A DNA stretch of 64,000 nucleotides, taken from the NCBI GenBank assembly GCA_046350995.1, contig JAXLZJ010000011.1, positions 122,500-186,499 on the forward strand, given 5' to 3'. Position 1 is the first letter of the stretch. Every line of letters starts with the position of its first letter. Position numbers and translations under genes: made by a program. The notes beneath the pieces were generated by a model. That model ran no database searches and was not told the DNA's origin. It worked only from the letters and a program-made list of their open reading frames with translations. Positions 23,531 to 33,406 of this stretch are shown here, piece by piece. Source of the DNA: Nitrospira sp. GTDB taxonomy: Bacteria > Nitrospirota > Nitrospiria > Nitrospirales > Nitrospiraceae.

Positions 23531-24382
23531 GTGTATCGACGCCTCGCTTATCTCTCCGCGTGGATACCATTATCCCTTCTTCTCTGCCTTGGCTGTGCGA
23601 GTCCCACACTGGTCAGCCGCCCCGTTCATCAGGACCTCTCCTGGTTTGTCCGTCTCGATTCCTACCAAGACGGCAGTAGCGCGACCGCCCGCTACCAGCA
23701 TCCGGTACGCGTGACAGATGAAGAATTCACCGCGATCTTGAGCCAGCTGCTTCTTGAGGATCGAGCCGGACTCATGGATAGCCCGCGCCCTCCACGGCCA
23801 GTCTTTACGATCGATGAGATAGGCCTTCTCGTACCGGCCATAGCTGAGGCGTTTCGTCAGGCGACGTCTCAGGAATGGATCAGCTTCTACTTCTCCCAGC
23901 CGGGGGGATCAGGCCTCGGTGTGACATCGGGCGGACTGTTCATCAAAGACGATGCCATTCATGTGGTTCTCGCAAACCATCGGCTCTCTCTTTCCCAGGA
24001 GGCAACGGAACTGTCCCGTATCCAGGCGAACCCATTCTATTCGGTGAAGGGGAGTGGCGGGATGCTGGCTTTCGAAGCGTCCCGCTTTATCAGCGGTAGA
24101 CAGGCCAATTGGACCGGCGGGCACCAGGCCTCGGCCAGTGAGCTGATTCTCGACCACAGGGCCTTTCTTTCATCCCTCAAACGTTCCAGTGAGGCGGTCG
24201 GTCTGATCCCATCCGCGAGTCCAAGGTCGAGTTCTGTGGCCGACCCAACAGGACAGGCTTTTCTCCAACGGTTGCAGGAAGAAGTCGCGCAATTGAAAAG
24301 GAAAGTTGCCGAGCAGGAAGCAGAAATCGATGCGCTAAAACGCCGCACGGACGGCCATCCCGCTCCGACGCCTCGCCCCTGA
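23531..24382 (+). CDS. Hypothetical lipoprotein with C-terminal coiled coil
   Basis: GTG start, signal peptide LLLCLGC; heptads LQEEVAQLKRKVAEQEAEIDALK. Confidence 0.65.
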   Translation: MYRRLAYLSAWIPLSLLLCLGCASPTLVSRPVHQDLSWFVRLDSYQDGSSATARYQHPVRVTDEEFTAILSQLLLEDRAGLMDSPRPPRPVFTIDEIGLLVPAIAEAFRQATSQEWISFYFSQPGGSGLGVTSGGLFIKDDAIHVVLANHRLSLSQEATELSRIQANPFYSVKGSGGMLAFEASRFISGRQANWTGGHQASASELILDHRAFLSSLKRSSEAVGLIPSASPRSSSVADPTGQAFLQRLQEEVAQLKRKVAEQEAEIDALKRRTDGHPAPTPRP

Positions 24383-24565
24383 GGCGTCCTCCCCTGGTCC
24401 TGCCTCAACCTCGTCGTATTCGACACTACCTGTGAGCAACCGAGAGCGTGATCGGAAGAGGGGCGCCGATCCCCACCCCACTTTTGAGGCACAGACAGAC
24501 GCCCATTCGAGTGCCATCTTTTTATCAAGAGAGAGGACGGATCTTCTTGATCAGGAGGTTATACG

Positions 24566-24982
24566 ATGGGGCTACTGGCAAGTGAACTACCCGTGCTGAT
24601 GTATGCGGATGTGGCGAAAGAGTTGCGACGATCTGACCGTGTCACGGTGAATTGTCACCTGACGTATTCGGGGATTCAAGACGACACGCTCATCATTGGG
24701 GAAGGGACGGCAATCGACCTCTCCAAGGAAGGGGTTGGGATTCAGGGCAACCAGGAGGTTAAGCCTGGCATGCATCTGACGTTATGCCTGGCGCTGCCTG
24801 ACTATGAAGGGCCGCTATTGATCGATGAGGTACGGGTGGTGTGGGCTAAGGGTGGCCGATTCGGGGTGGAGTCGGTGCGCATCGACAAGCGCTCCCGCCT
24901 TCGCCTCGATCACTTCTTGCTGTTCAAAAAACTGAACCCGCCGCAGAACCAGCAGAGGGTCAGCGTACGGGTGAAACTTTAG
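24566..24982 (+). CDS. PilZ domain protein
   Basis: AGGAGG RBS; RRSDR and DLSKEG c-di-GMP motifs; VVW..GVE. Confidence 0.85.
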   Translation: MGLLASELPVLMYADVAKELRRSDRVTVNCHLTYSGIQDDTLIIGEGTAIDLSKEGVGIQGNQEVKPGMHLTLCLALPDYEGPLLIDEVRVVWAKGGRFGVESVRIDKRSRLRLDHFLLFKKLNPPQNQQRVSVRVKL

Positions 24983-25067
24983 CGTCGAAGCAACGTGAAC
25001 AGGGGCGTCGGCATGACTACAGACCCGTGCGTTGATTTTTGAGCCGTAATCACAGTAGCGTGCCTCT

Positions 25068-26033
25068 ATGCAGACAGAATTCGTGGTGACAGCCGGCGAG
25101 CAACCCAAACGACTCGATGTCTTTCTGGTCAACCGGGAACCGAAACTCTCCCGGTCGGCGATCCAGCGGTTTATCGAGCAGGCGCGGGTCAAGATCAACG
25201 GCCAGGCGGTGAAGCCTAGCTATAAGATCCGGCCCGGCGATCGTATTGCGTTCGACGTGCCCAAGGCGGAGCCACTGCAGCTCCAGGGCGAATCGATCCC
25301 GCTCGAGATTCTTCATGAGGATGACGCCCTCCTCGTGCTGAACAAGCCGGCTGGCTTGGTCGTCCATCCGGCCCCAGGCCACTGGAACGGCACCCTCGTG
25401 AACGCGTTACTACATCACTTTCAAACGTCCGGGGGGACCGTGTCCACGATCGGTGGGAAAGAACGCCCCGGTCTCGTCCATCGGCTTGATAAGGATACGT
25501 CGGGTGTCATGGTGATCGCCAAGACCGATGAAGCCCACCGGGGCCTGGCGGCCCAGTTCAAGCATCATTCAATCACCAGAGTCTATGAAGCCCTCATCTG
25601 GGGTATCCCGAAAAAAGGTCACGGGTTGATTGAATTGGCGATCGGGCGGGACACCAAGGAGCGGAAGAAGTTCTCAGCCCGGACTGCTAGACCGAAGGAG
25701 TCCGTGACGGAATATCAGGTAGACCGACGATTCGGAAAAACGGCCGCGCACGTACTCTTGTATCCTCGTACGGGCCGAACCCATCAATTGCGTGTCCATC
25801 TCACCGCGCTTGGCCATCCGATTCTCGGTGACCCGACGTATGGCGGCCGTAAGGTCTGTACCGTGGATGAGATCGACATTCCCCGTGTGATGCTCCATGC
25901 GCGGACACTCGGGTTCCGGCATCCGGTGACCGGCGACCAGTGTGAATACAGCCGGCCGGTACCTCCGGATATGGCCGAAGTCATGGCCCAATTGGAACGC
26001 CTGAACCGGACCACGCGGAGCAAAGCGTCGTGA
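25068..26033 (+). CDS. rluD: RluA-family pseudouridine synthase with S4 domain
   Basis: RLD..L S4 domain, NKPAGLVVHP, VHRLDKDTSG, TGRTHQLRVH. Confidence 0.92.
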   Translation: MQTEFVVTAGEQPKRLDVFLVNREPKLSRSAIQRFIEQARVKINGQAVKPSYKIRPGDRIAFDVPKAEPLQLQGESIPLEILHEDDALLVLNKPAGLVVHPAPGHWNGTLVNALLHHFQTSGGTVSTIGGKERPGLVHRLDKDTSGVMVIAKTDEAHRGLAAQFKHHSITRVYEALIWGIPKKGHGLIELAIGRDTKERKKFSARTARPKESVTEYQVDRRFGKTAAHVLLYPRTGRTHQLRVHLTALGHPILGDPTYGGRKVCTVDEIDIPRVMLHARTLGFRHPVTGDQCEYSRPVPPDMAEVMAQLERLNRTTRSKAS

Positions 26034-26082
26034 CGCCACCCGTTCGTGTGTGCTATGGAAACAGAATTGAGGAGAGCCTGCG

Positions 26083-26505
26083 ATGCAAACTGCGGATGTG
26101 CTGGATACGCTCGGAGGGCTGTTGTCTCAGCTCAAGGCTTATGCGGCAAAGCTGCCTCCGATCGTGCATCTGACGGCCGTTCCGACCGGGGTGAAACCCA
26201 AGTTTGAGGCCGTCGAAGAGTTTGAAGAGATTCTCTCGCGGTTTCGGACGCAGGCGGTGGGAACGGTCTTTAAAACGCTGAACCCCCTCTGTGTCGAAGC
26301 GCTTGAAGCCTTCGAGGTCGGCAACCTGATCGGGGCCGTCCAGCCGCTCCTTGCGATCCTCGATCACCTGGAACGGATGCAGCGGGATAAAGAGGTGGAA
26401 ATCGGCCGCCTCGACGAAAAGCGGATCGCGGAGTACCGTGCGGGGCTCCACAAGATTCTGCCGGGAAACAAACCGGAATTAGACGGATCCGGGCGGGGAA
26501 TGTGA
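26083..26505 (+). CDS. Hypothetical protein
   Basis: GAGGAG RBS, natural amphipathic helical composition. Confidence 0.7.
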   Translation: MQTADVLDTLGGLLSQLKAYAAKLPPIVHLTAVPTGVKPKFEAVEEFEEILSRFRTQAVGTVFKTLNPLCVEALEAFEVGNLIGAVQPLLAILDHLERMQRDKEVEIGRLDEKRIAEYRAGLHKILPGNKPELDGSGRGM

Positions 26506-26507
26506 AC

Positions 26508-26687
26508 TCAGTGGCCCATCTTGGGCCCGTTCGCATTCGCTCCTTCCTGCACCTGGCGAAAGCGCACCGTCGAACCACAATGCGGGCACTTCGTTCTGAC
26601 GAAGGTTTCGTCCAGAACTTCGTACTGGTCCTGCTTGAGCCACATCAATTGAAAGCACTTGGGGCAGCTACGCACTTGCGTTGACAT
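26508..26687 (-). CDS. Small zinc-ribbon protein (59 aa; not in ORF track)
   Basis: Manual translation MSTQVRSCPKCFQLMWLKQDQYEVLDETFVRTKCPHCGSTVRFRQVQEGANANGPKMGH*; GAGG RBS; fills intergenic gap. Confidence 0.75.
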   Translation of the reverse strand: MSTQVRSCPKCFQLMWLKQDQYEVLDETFVRTKCPHCGSTVRFRQVQEGANANGPKMGH

Positions 26688-26760
26688 CGGTTTCCTCGTA
26701 CACTTTGCGCCGCCGGTCGATGGCGGGCCGGGTTCATCACGGGAGATACTCTAGTACACA

Positions 26761-27192
26761 ATGCCCCCGACCCTCAAGACCGTCGTTACCTACTCAGAGA
26801 AGAAATCGCTCCAGCCGGAGCAATTGCTCACCTTGTTTCAACAGGCCCCTTGGGCGAAAGGCCGCACGCTCGACGATGCCAGGGAGATGCTGCGGCACAC
26901 CGACCTTGCCCTCTGCGCGTGGGAGGGGGATCATCTCATAGGCTTTGGCCGGGTGCTGACGGATTTTGTCTATCGTGCGACGATCTGGGATGTGATCGTG
27001 GACAAAGGGTACCAGAAGCAGGGGATCGGGACGGAGATCGTTCAACGGATTCTGCAGCATCCACGGCTCAAGAAAGTGGAACTGTTCTGGCTCTGTACCA
27101 GGCGTCCAGGCTTTTACGAAAAGCTGGGGTTCACCACCGGTGAGCAGACTGGAATGGTATGGAGCCGCGCCAAACAAGCCCGGCAGGAATAA
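26761..27192 (+). CDS. GNAT family N-acetyltransferase
   Basis: LIGFGR..D..Y.ATIWDVIV..GYQKQGIG; GFYEKLGF. Confidence 0.9.
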   Translation: MPPTLKTVVTYSEKKSLQPEQLLTLFQQAPWAKGRTLDDAREMLRHTDLALCAWEGDHLIGFGRVLTDFVYRATIWDVIVDKGYQKQGIGTEIVQRILQHPRLKKVELFWLCTRRPGFYEKLGFTTGEQTGMVWSRAKQARQE

Positions 27193-27211
27193 GACGGGTC
27201 CTCCAAAGAGA

Positions 27212-27250
27212 AACGGCGCAGGGGCTCGTGATGAGATGTCCTGCGCCGTT
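27212..27250. terminator. Hairpin between convergent GNAT and OMP genes
   Basis: AACGGCGCAGG-N17-CCTGCGCCGTT. Confidence 0.6.
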
Positions 27251-27270
27251 CCCATCGGGTGCTTCTCAGG

Positions 27271-27912
27271 TCAGAAATACATCTTCGCGCCAAGCAAGAA
27301 TCCAAACGAGGACGCGTTCCAGTCATCGTTTCGGACTCCGTTGACAGTCGCATGTCCGTCGTTCCGCTTATACGCCATTTCCGCGTTCAGGGCGAACTGC
27401 TTGGTGATCAGGTAGTCGCCGCCCCATCCTAACCGCCAGGCGAAGGTGTTGCTCGGGCTGATTCTTGTTCCGGAGGTTTCACCGAAGCTGTTCACGTTCA
27501 CGCCGAAGCTCATGTTGACGTACGGGCTGAACGAACCGAACGTCGTCGGGCGGAGTTCGACGGTCGGCAGCACGGACACGGTGTCCTGATGACCTAAGTC
27601 CCGCTGGGGCCGCTCTTGGTCCACCGCGTGGCGCTCCCATTCCAACATCATTCCGACGAGAAGCCAGCGGTTCAGGCTGTACATCGCCTGGAAATTGACC
27701 AGCGAACCGACGTCAGTCGAAGAATTACCGGTCAGGCTCTGCGTCAGTGGCGCAAACCCTGCCCGCATACCGAGCACCCATTTCCCGGCTTCGATACCGC
27801 CGAAGTTGTCTTTCCCCTCTTGAGCCTGTACCGGCGAGACTCCGACTATTCCGACGCCGACGCATGCGACGAAGAGGCTGCTAACAATCCATCCACACGA
27901 GTTCCTACGCAT
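27271..27912 (-). CDS. Outer-membrane beta-barrel protein (OmpA/OmpW-like, 8-stranded)
   Basis: GGAGG RBS, signal peptide, alternating beta-strands (PYVNMSFG, GWGGDY), C-terminal YF. Confidence 0.85.
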   Translation of the reverse strand: MRRNSCGWIVSSLFVACVGVGIVGVSPVQAQEGKDNFGGIEAGKWVLGMRAGFAPLTQSLTGNSSTDVGSLVNFQAMYSLNRWLLVGMMLEWERHAVDQERPQRDLGHQDTVSVLPTVELRPTTFGSFSPYVNMSFGVNVNSFGETSGTRISPSNTFAWRLGWGGDYLITKQFALNAEMAYKRNDGHATVNGVRNDDWNASSFGFLLGAKMYF

Positions 27913-27967
27913 CTGAATCCTCCGTGATGTATTTGTGACACAAAGACGATAAGACAACTGGTACTTC

Positions 27968-27984
27968 CGCAAGTCCTATGCCGA
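27968..27984 (-). promoter_or_regulatory. sigma54 (-24/-12) promoter of OMP gene
   Basis: Minus strand TCGGCATAGGACTTGCG, GG-N10-GC. Confidence 0.6.
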
Positions 27985-28151
27985 TGAGGTGAAGGGCGTC
28001 TCTATGGCTTCTCCATCCAATGTTGTAGAGAAATGGTGCAAGAATCCCGAAAGATCCTAGCCCGAGTGAATCCAGAACGACACAGGTCCTGTAGTCCTGG
28101 GCCTACAGTGATGAAAGTGATATCGATGACGATGCAGGGATCCGAACCCGG

Positions 28152-28976
28152 CTAGGTCGCAGGGACCAGGCCTCTCTGCCGTTTCGGGGACAAGAGAATC
28201 GCGAGAAAGAATATCGAGGTGGCCAGGAGCACGATGGCCGGTCCGGAAGGAATATCCCAGACCGCAGAGATGACGACGCCGGTCACGGAGGTTGAAATGC
28301 CGATGAGTACAGAATAGAGAGTCAGAGTGCGCAGGCTGCTGGTGAGCTGATACGCCGTGGACGCCGGAATCAAGATCATGGCGAAGACGAGAATCGCGCC
28401 GACGGTCTTGAGGGAGACGACAACCGTCAAGGCAACGAGTGAAAGTAGGAGGAAGAACATCCCCCGAGCCGGCACGCCGGAAGCTTCCGCCATCTCCTGA
28501 TCGAATGCGATGAAATACAGTTCTTTTGAGAACAGCAGAATCAACCCCAGGACGAGTATCGCCAAGGCGCCGATCGACAGCAATTCCTCGGTTGTGACCG
28601 ACAAAACACTGCCGAAAAGATAGCCGTAGACCTCGGCGTTATAGGTTTTCATCAGGCCGAGAAACAGAATCGCCAGGGCCATCGTCGTCGTATAGAGAAT
28701 CCCGATGGAGACATCGAGCTTCATCCGGCCCTTCTCCTCCGCCCACCCGGTGATCCAGACCGTCGCGAGGCCGAAGAGGATCGCCAGGACGAGCGGGGGC
28801 CAGCCCATCAAATAGCCCAATGCCACTCCGGCGAACGCGGCATGGGATGTCCCGGCTCCCACAAACGCCAGCCCGCGTAAGACGACGAACACGCCGATGA
28901 CCGAACAGAGGCCTCCCACCATCGCCGCCGCGAGGAGGGAGCGTTGCATGAAGTCATAGGTGAAGAGGTCCAGCAT
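28152..28976 (-). CDS. Metal (Zn/Mn) ABC transporter permease
   Basis: SHAAFAG, YLFGSVL, FDQEMA, VG.ILVFAMILIPA. Confidence 0.93.
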   Translation of the reverse strand: MLDLFTYDFMQRSLLAAAMVGGLCSVIGVFVVLRGLAFVGAGTSHAAFAGVALGYLMGWPPLVLAILFGLATVWITGWAEEKGRMKLDVSIGILYTTTMALAILFLGLMKTYNAEVYGYLFGSVLSVTTEELLSIGALAILVLGLILLFSKELYFIAFDQEMAEASGVPARGMFFLLLSLVALTVVVSLKTVGAILVFAMILIPASTAYQLTSSLRTLTLYSVLIGISTSVTGVVISAVWDIPSGPAIVLLATSIFFLAILLSPKRQRGLVPAT

Positions 28977-28990
28977 AATCGATGAGCGTT

Positions 28991-29782
28991 TCAGTGATGG
29001 TGGTGGTAATCCTCGACGATGACGAGGTCCTTCTCGGTGATGACGAGATCCTTCCCGTAGACCTCGCGGAGAATGTCGGGCTTGAGCACTTCGGCCGGAG
29101 GGCCGGCCGCGTAGAGACGGGTCTTGAGAAGGACCAGCCGGTCGACGCGGGAGCGAATCATGTTGATATCGTGCGTGATGAGCAGGACGGTGAGTCCCAG
29201 CTCTTCGTGAAGGTGCTCCACGAGTTCAATCACATTGTGTTGGGTTGTGATATCGAGGCCGGTTGTCGGCTCGTCGAGCAGAAGCACTTTCGGCTGCTGC
29301 GCGAGCGCCCGGGCGATGAAGACTCGCTGTTGCTGGCCACCGGATAAATGGCCGAGGGCCGTGTTCCGATGAGCCTCCATGCCGACGTGTGCCAAGGCGT
29401 CGAGGGCGATCTCTTGGTCTCGCTTGCTCGCCCGCTTGAACAGCCCCAATGCACCGTACCGGCCCATCATCACGGTCTCTAACACTGTGACGGGAAAGTT
29501 CCGGTCTATCACCCCTTTTTGCGGAAGATAACCGATCTGGGCGCGGTGGTGGCAGCGGAGTTCACCGCAGGCGCAATCGAAGATTCTAAGATGGCCACTG
29601 AGTGGGGCCATGAGGCCTAAGACGGCCCGGCAGAGCGTCGTTTTCCCCGAACCATTCGGGCCGATCACCCCGACGAATTCCCCGGATCGAATGGAAAGGC
29701 AAAGGTCCTTCAGCGCCACAACCCCGGGGAAGCCGAAGGTAGCGTGGTCGAACTCTATGATGGAATCCGATGGGGCGGACAC
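28991..29782 (-). CDS. Metal ABC transporter ATPase
   Basis: [21 protein letters not shown]; C-terminal HHHH. Confidence 0.95.
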   Translation of the reverse strand: MSAPSDSIIEFDHATFGFPGVVALKDLCLSIRSGEFVGVIGPNGSGKTTLCRAVLGLMAPLSGHLRIFDCACGELRCHHRAQIGYLPQKGVIDRNFPVTVLETVMMGRYGALGLFKRASKRDQEIALDALAHVGMEAHRNTALGHLSGGQQQRVFIARALAQQPKVLLLDEPTTGLDITTQHNVIELVEHLHEELGLTVLLITHDINMIRSRVDRLVLLKTRLYAAGPPAEVLKPDILREVYGKDLVITEKDLVIVEDYHHHH

Positions 29783-29830
29783 GGAAATGGGTGCTCCTTC
29801 GCGCAGCCGGCTGGTCGTCGTCGGAATCGA

Positions 29831-30769
29831 CTAGGAGGCCTCGAGCGCATTGGCCAATTGGAGCACATTATAGCGGAGCATGTCGAGGTAGGTCTCGGTC
29901 CCCGGCAATCCTCCCGGCAGGGTGGTCAACACGACAACGCGGGCTTTGGTCTCCTTGGCGAGAAGTTCCGGGACTCGCTGATTAAGTTGAATCTCTGAGA
30001 CGATGACTTTGATCCGGTCTTTCTTGATCGTCGTGATCAGCGATTGTAAGTGTAACGCGGAGGGTTCGGTTCCTGATTGGGCTTGAATTGTGGCGGCGAT
30101 CTCGAATCCGAATCGCCTCGCCAGATAGGGCCACGCGGGATGATGGGCGATAAAACGGCGATCCCGCAGCTGCGCCAACCGTTCGTTCAGATCCTTCCTG
30201 AGGCGATCAAGTTGGCGAAGATACCCAGCCTGATTGCTGCGAAACTCGGATGCGTGGGCCGGATCTAACTTGATCAGGGCTTCCGTGACATGTCGCAACA
30301 TGATTGCGACGTTTTCCGGGTCCATCCAGACGTGGGGATTTCCGCCGGAGCCATGATCGTGAGTATCCTCAGGCGCAGGGCCATGGTCGGTGTGGTCGCG
30401 AAGCAGTCCGATTCCCTGTGACGTGGTGACTACCATTAAGGCCGGTGAACCGGCATTTTTCACGAGGGAGGAGACCCAGACTTCCAGTCCGATGCCGACT
30501 TCGAACAGCACCGCGGCTTTTCTGACCGCGACCAGATCGCTCGGTTTCGGCGAATAGGTATGTTCGTTTTCGTAGCCGTTCAGCAATGAGGTGACACGGA
30601 CATGGGCACCGCCGACCTGCTCGGCCAAATCCTTCAGTACCGGGATGGTTACCACGACATTAATCGCTTGTGGCGGCGTGCCGGCCTGTGCCGGCCGACC
30701 GTCGATGGCGGCCAAAAGAACGAACAGTATTGTGATGATGGGGGCCGATGCGCGGATAGCCTTGAGCAT
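29831..30769 (-). CDS. Metal ABC transporter substrate-binding protein (ZnuA/TroA family)
   Basis: EHTYSPKP, His-rich loop, NPHVWMDP, HHPAW; start ATG 30769 from TTGACT-N17-TACCGT geometry. Confidence 0.92.
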   Translation of the reverse strand: MLKAIRASAPIITILFVLLAAIDGRPAQAGTPPQAINVVVTIPVLKDLAEQVGGAHVRVTSLLNGYENEHTYSPKPSDLVAVRKAAVLFEVGIGLEVWVSSLVKNAGSPALMVVTTSQGIGLLRDHTDHGPAPEDTHDHGSGGNPHVWMDPENVAIMLRHVTEALIKLDPAHASEFRSNQAGYLRQLDRLRKDLNERLAQLRDRRFIAHHPAWPYLARRFGFEIAATIQAQSGTEPSALHLQSLITTIKKDRIKVIVSEIQLNQRVPELLAKETKARVVVLTTLPGGLPGTETYLDMLRYNVLQLANALEAS

Positions 30770-30911
30770 GGGCGGGGACGGTAACATCGAGGTATCGCGA
30801 AGTCAACGCGAGCCGACTCCGATACGGATCGCTTGACCCCGCGCGGGACTTCCATTAGCGTAGCGCACCGGCTCGGAGTGTGAGAGCCATCGTGGAAAGG
30901 GACAAGAGACG

Positions 30912-32087
30912 ATGAAAGTGATCGGCCTGATGTCCGGAACATCCGGTGACGGGGTTGATGCGGCGCTCGTCGAAATCGTGCGGGGTCGGAAAGGGCTACA
31001 GATCCATCCTCTCGCGTTTTATCCGCTTCCGTACCCACGCTCATTGCAACAGCGGATCTTGAATGCGTCGGCGACGGGGACGGTGGCGGAAATCTGCCAT
31101 CTGAATGCATTGTTGGGCGAGTGGTTTGCGAATGCGGCGTTGGGTGCCATTCGAACCGCGGGGCTGCGTCCGAAAGATATCGACTTGATCGGGTCGCATG
31201 GGCAAACGGTCCACCACTTGCCCCATGGTGTCAAAGATGCGGGAGTCGGCGCGATTCGATCTACGCTCCAGATTGCCGAGCCTGCGGTGATTGCGGAACG
31301 GACGGGGATTACCACGGTGGCCGATTTCCGCCCTCGGGACATCGCCGCCGGCGGCCAGGGGGCGCCGCTCGCACCCGGTGTCCACGCGCTCGTGTTCCGG
31401 CATCCGAAGCGCGCCCGTTTGGTGGTGAATCTCGGGGGAATCAGCAATGTAACCTACTTGCCGAAGGGACGCGGTATCGGTGGCGTAGTGGCATTTGATA
31501 CCGGGCCGGCCAACATGGTGCTGGACGGCCTGATGTATCGATTAAGCAACGGTCGTGTCTCGATGGATCGCGACGGCCGAGTGGCATCGCGAGGGACTCC
31601 TGATGGACGGCTGCTTGCTAAGTTGTTGGCGCATCCCTATCTCTCGAAAAAGCCCCCGAAATCGACCGGCCGGGAAGCGTTCGGCGTCTCGATGGTTGAG
31701 GAGCTATTGGCCATACAGGATGCCCGGCAACTCCCGGTAGAAGATTTGTTAGCGACCTGCAGCCGGTGGACAGCAGAAGCGGTCGGCACAGCGCGGCGTT
31801 GGATCGGCGGCGGGATCGATGAAGTGATCGTCGGGGGTGGTGGGGTCCGCAATCGCGCGATCATGACGCATCTTGCAGAGGTGTTTTCACCGATTCCTGT
31901 CACGACATTCGACACACTGGGGTGGGATAGCAAGGCGTTTGAGGCCATCGCTTTCGCGATTCTCGGGTATCAGACTATCGTCGAGCAATGTGGGAATGTT
32001 CCTACGGTGACCGGGGCTCACCATCCGGCGCTGCTTGGCTGCATTATCCCCAGTGGGCCGGGGTGGCTGCGTCGGCTGAAGCACTGA
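30912..32087 (+). CDS. anmK: Anhydro-N-acetylmuramic acid kinase
   Basis: IGLMSGTSGDGVD, IGSHGQT, DFRPRDIAAGGQGAPL, FDTGPAN. Confidence 0.96.
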   Translation: MKVIGLMSGTSGDGVDAALVEIVRGRKGLQIHPLAFYPLPYPRSLQQRILNASATGTVAEICHLNALLGEWFANAALGAIRTAGLRPKDIDLIGSHGQTVHHLPHGVKDAGVGAIRSTLQIAEPAVIAERTGITTVADFRPRDIAAGGQGAPLAPGVHALVFRHPKRARLVVNLGGISNVTYLPKGRGIGGVVAFDTGPANMVLDGLMYRLSNGRVSMDRDGRVASRGTPDGRLLAKLLAHPYLSKKPPKSTGREAFGVSMVEELLAIQDARQLPVEDLLATCSRWTAEAVGTARRWIGGGIDEVIVGGGGVRNRAIMTHLAEVFSPIPVTTFDTLGWDSKAFEAIAFAILGYQTIVEQCGNVPTVTGAHHPALLGCIIPSGPGWLRRLKH

Positions 32088-32108
32088 CCGGGTCCAATCC
32101 TATACATC

Positions 32109-32618
32109 ATGGAACTTTTGTTTATCGGTGTGGGCATCTCGGCGGCATTTCTGTTTCTGCTGTGGAAGTGGCCGAGTTCTCACGGCGCGGCCCATTCCAC
32201 TGAACCGGTGTTAGTTCCTGGAACAACGGTCGTGCCTGTTCCCTTGCTGAGCGAACAGGATGTCTTCCTGTACAATCTGATCCGGCTTGCCGTACAAGAC
32301 CGGCTCCTGGTTTTTTCGCAGGTGCCGCTCTGGGCGCTTGTTCGCATTGATGCGGCAGGAGAGGCTCGGACGAAGTTGTTTCGACAACTGGCTTTTAAGC
32401 GAGTGGATTTCGTGCTGATGCATCCGGGGACCAGGCAGGTCGAACAAGTTGTACTCGTCGATGACGGCGCTCTACGAGGTGCGCAGGGAGATCGGCGGCG
32501 GGTGGTTGAGTCGGTCCTAGACGCGGCAGGGATCAAACTCCTGCTCTTAAAACCCCAAAAGGCGTACACGGTTCCCGCACTCGCTGCATTGTTGGGTTGT
32601 AGCGAGGACGAAAACTAA
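32109..32618 (+). CDS. DUF2726-like protein
   Basis: N-terminal TM, LLSEQD..LY, VFSQVPL, KRVDFVL, D..V..VL..AGI.LL. Confidence 0.75.
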   Translation: MELLFIGVGISAAFLFLLWKWPSSHGAAHSTEPVLVPGTTVVPVPLLSEQDVFLYNLIRLAVQDRLLVFSQVPLWALVRIDAAGEARTKLFRQLAFKRVDFVLMHPGTRQVEQVVLVDDGALRGAQGDRRRVVESVLDAAGIKLLLLKPQKAYTVPALAALLGCSEDEN

Positions 32619-32658
32619 GAATGTAGAGTGGGAAGTTGACGCATTAGTCTGACCCCGC

Positions 32659-33156
32659 TCATTCAGGGGTGGTCGGGGTGGGGTCGGCTTTAGCGTTGCT
32701 GGCATCGATCGCCTTTCTGGCGAGTTCGGCTTCCGAGCTGTCCGGATACTGATCGACGACACGCTCGTACATCATTCGCGCTTTCTCCTGGTCGCCCAGC
32801 TTGGTATAGGTTTGCCCGATCTTCAATGTGGAAGCGGCTAGTTTCGGGCTTAGTGGGTAGTAGGACACCACATTGTAGAAGGAGGTCAACGCGTCTTTGT
32901 ACCGCCCCATGCGATATTGACACTCTCCGATCCAGTACTGTGCGTTGGCTGCGAGTGACGAGTGCCCATGCACTTCGATGAAGAACCGAAAACCAGCCAG
33001 CGCCGCTTCGTAATCCCGGTGCTTGAATTCCTCCATAATGCGGTCATACAGTCGGCGTGAGCTATCCTGCATTTGACCTGGCGCAGCCGGAGCGATGGTG
33101 GCAGAGGCGAGCAGAGCGCCAAACACGAGGATAGCGATTCTGATGCGGTGCTTCAT
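32659..33156 (-). CDS. CpoB/YbgF-like periplasmic TPR protein
   Basis: Signal peptide; LAANAQYWIGE, YP.SPK, KIG..Y, QYPDSSEA. Confidence 0.8.
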   Translation of the reverse strand: MKHRIRIAILVFGALLASATIAPAAPGQMQDSSRRLYDRIMEEFKHRDYEAALAGFRFFIEVHGHSSLAANAQYWIGECQYRMGRYKDALTSFYNVVSYYPLSPKLAASTLKIGQTYTKLGDQEKARMMYERVVDQYPDSSEAELARKAIDASNAKADPTPTTPE

Positions 33157-33206
33157 AAATTTCCCTCCACACGCGAGAGCGCTTCAAATACTAGAGGGCA
33201 CAGTAA

Positions 33207-33222
33207 CGCAATCGGTATGCCA
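33207..33222 (-). promoter_or_regulatory. sigma54 promoter of cpoB-like gene
   Basis: Minus strand TGGCATACCGATTGCG. Confidence 0.7.
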
Positions 33223-33406
33223 AACCAGGATCTAAAGATGGTGTATAAGCTACTGACAATAATAAGCTTTCATGGGTTCGAACTGGTCGCCACAAGGCCG
33301 AGAAGAAATTCCTCACTCCCTGGAGACAGAATTGTACGGGGACCTTCTTGCCCAGTGTGCTCTTTTTGCTTCGGTCTAGGGCCGATGGTCGGGAGTGTGA
33401 TGTGAA

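Noticed and set aside
24383-24565. c-di-GMP riboswitch upstream of the PilZ gene
   Set aside because: Small hairpins exist (GATCGG/CCGATC, ATCAAGA/TCTTGAT) but no class I or II consensus; an Infernal scan would settle it
30770-30860. Zur/Fur box at the metal ABC promoter
   Set aside because: Only a half-site-like ATGTTAC; no convincing dyad
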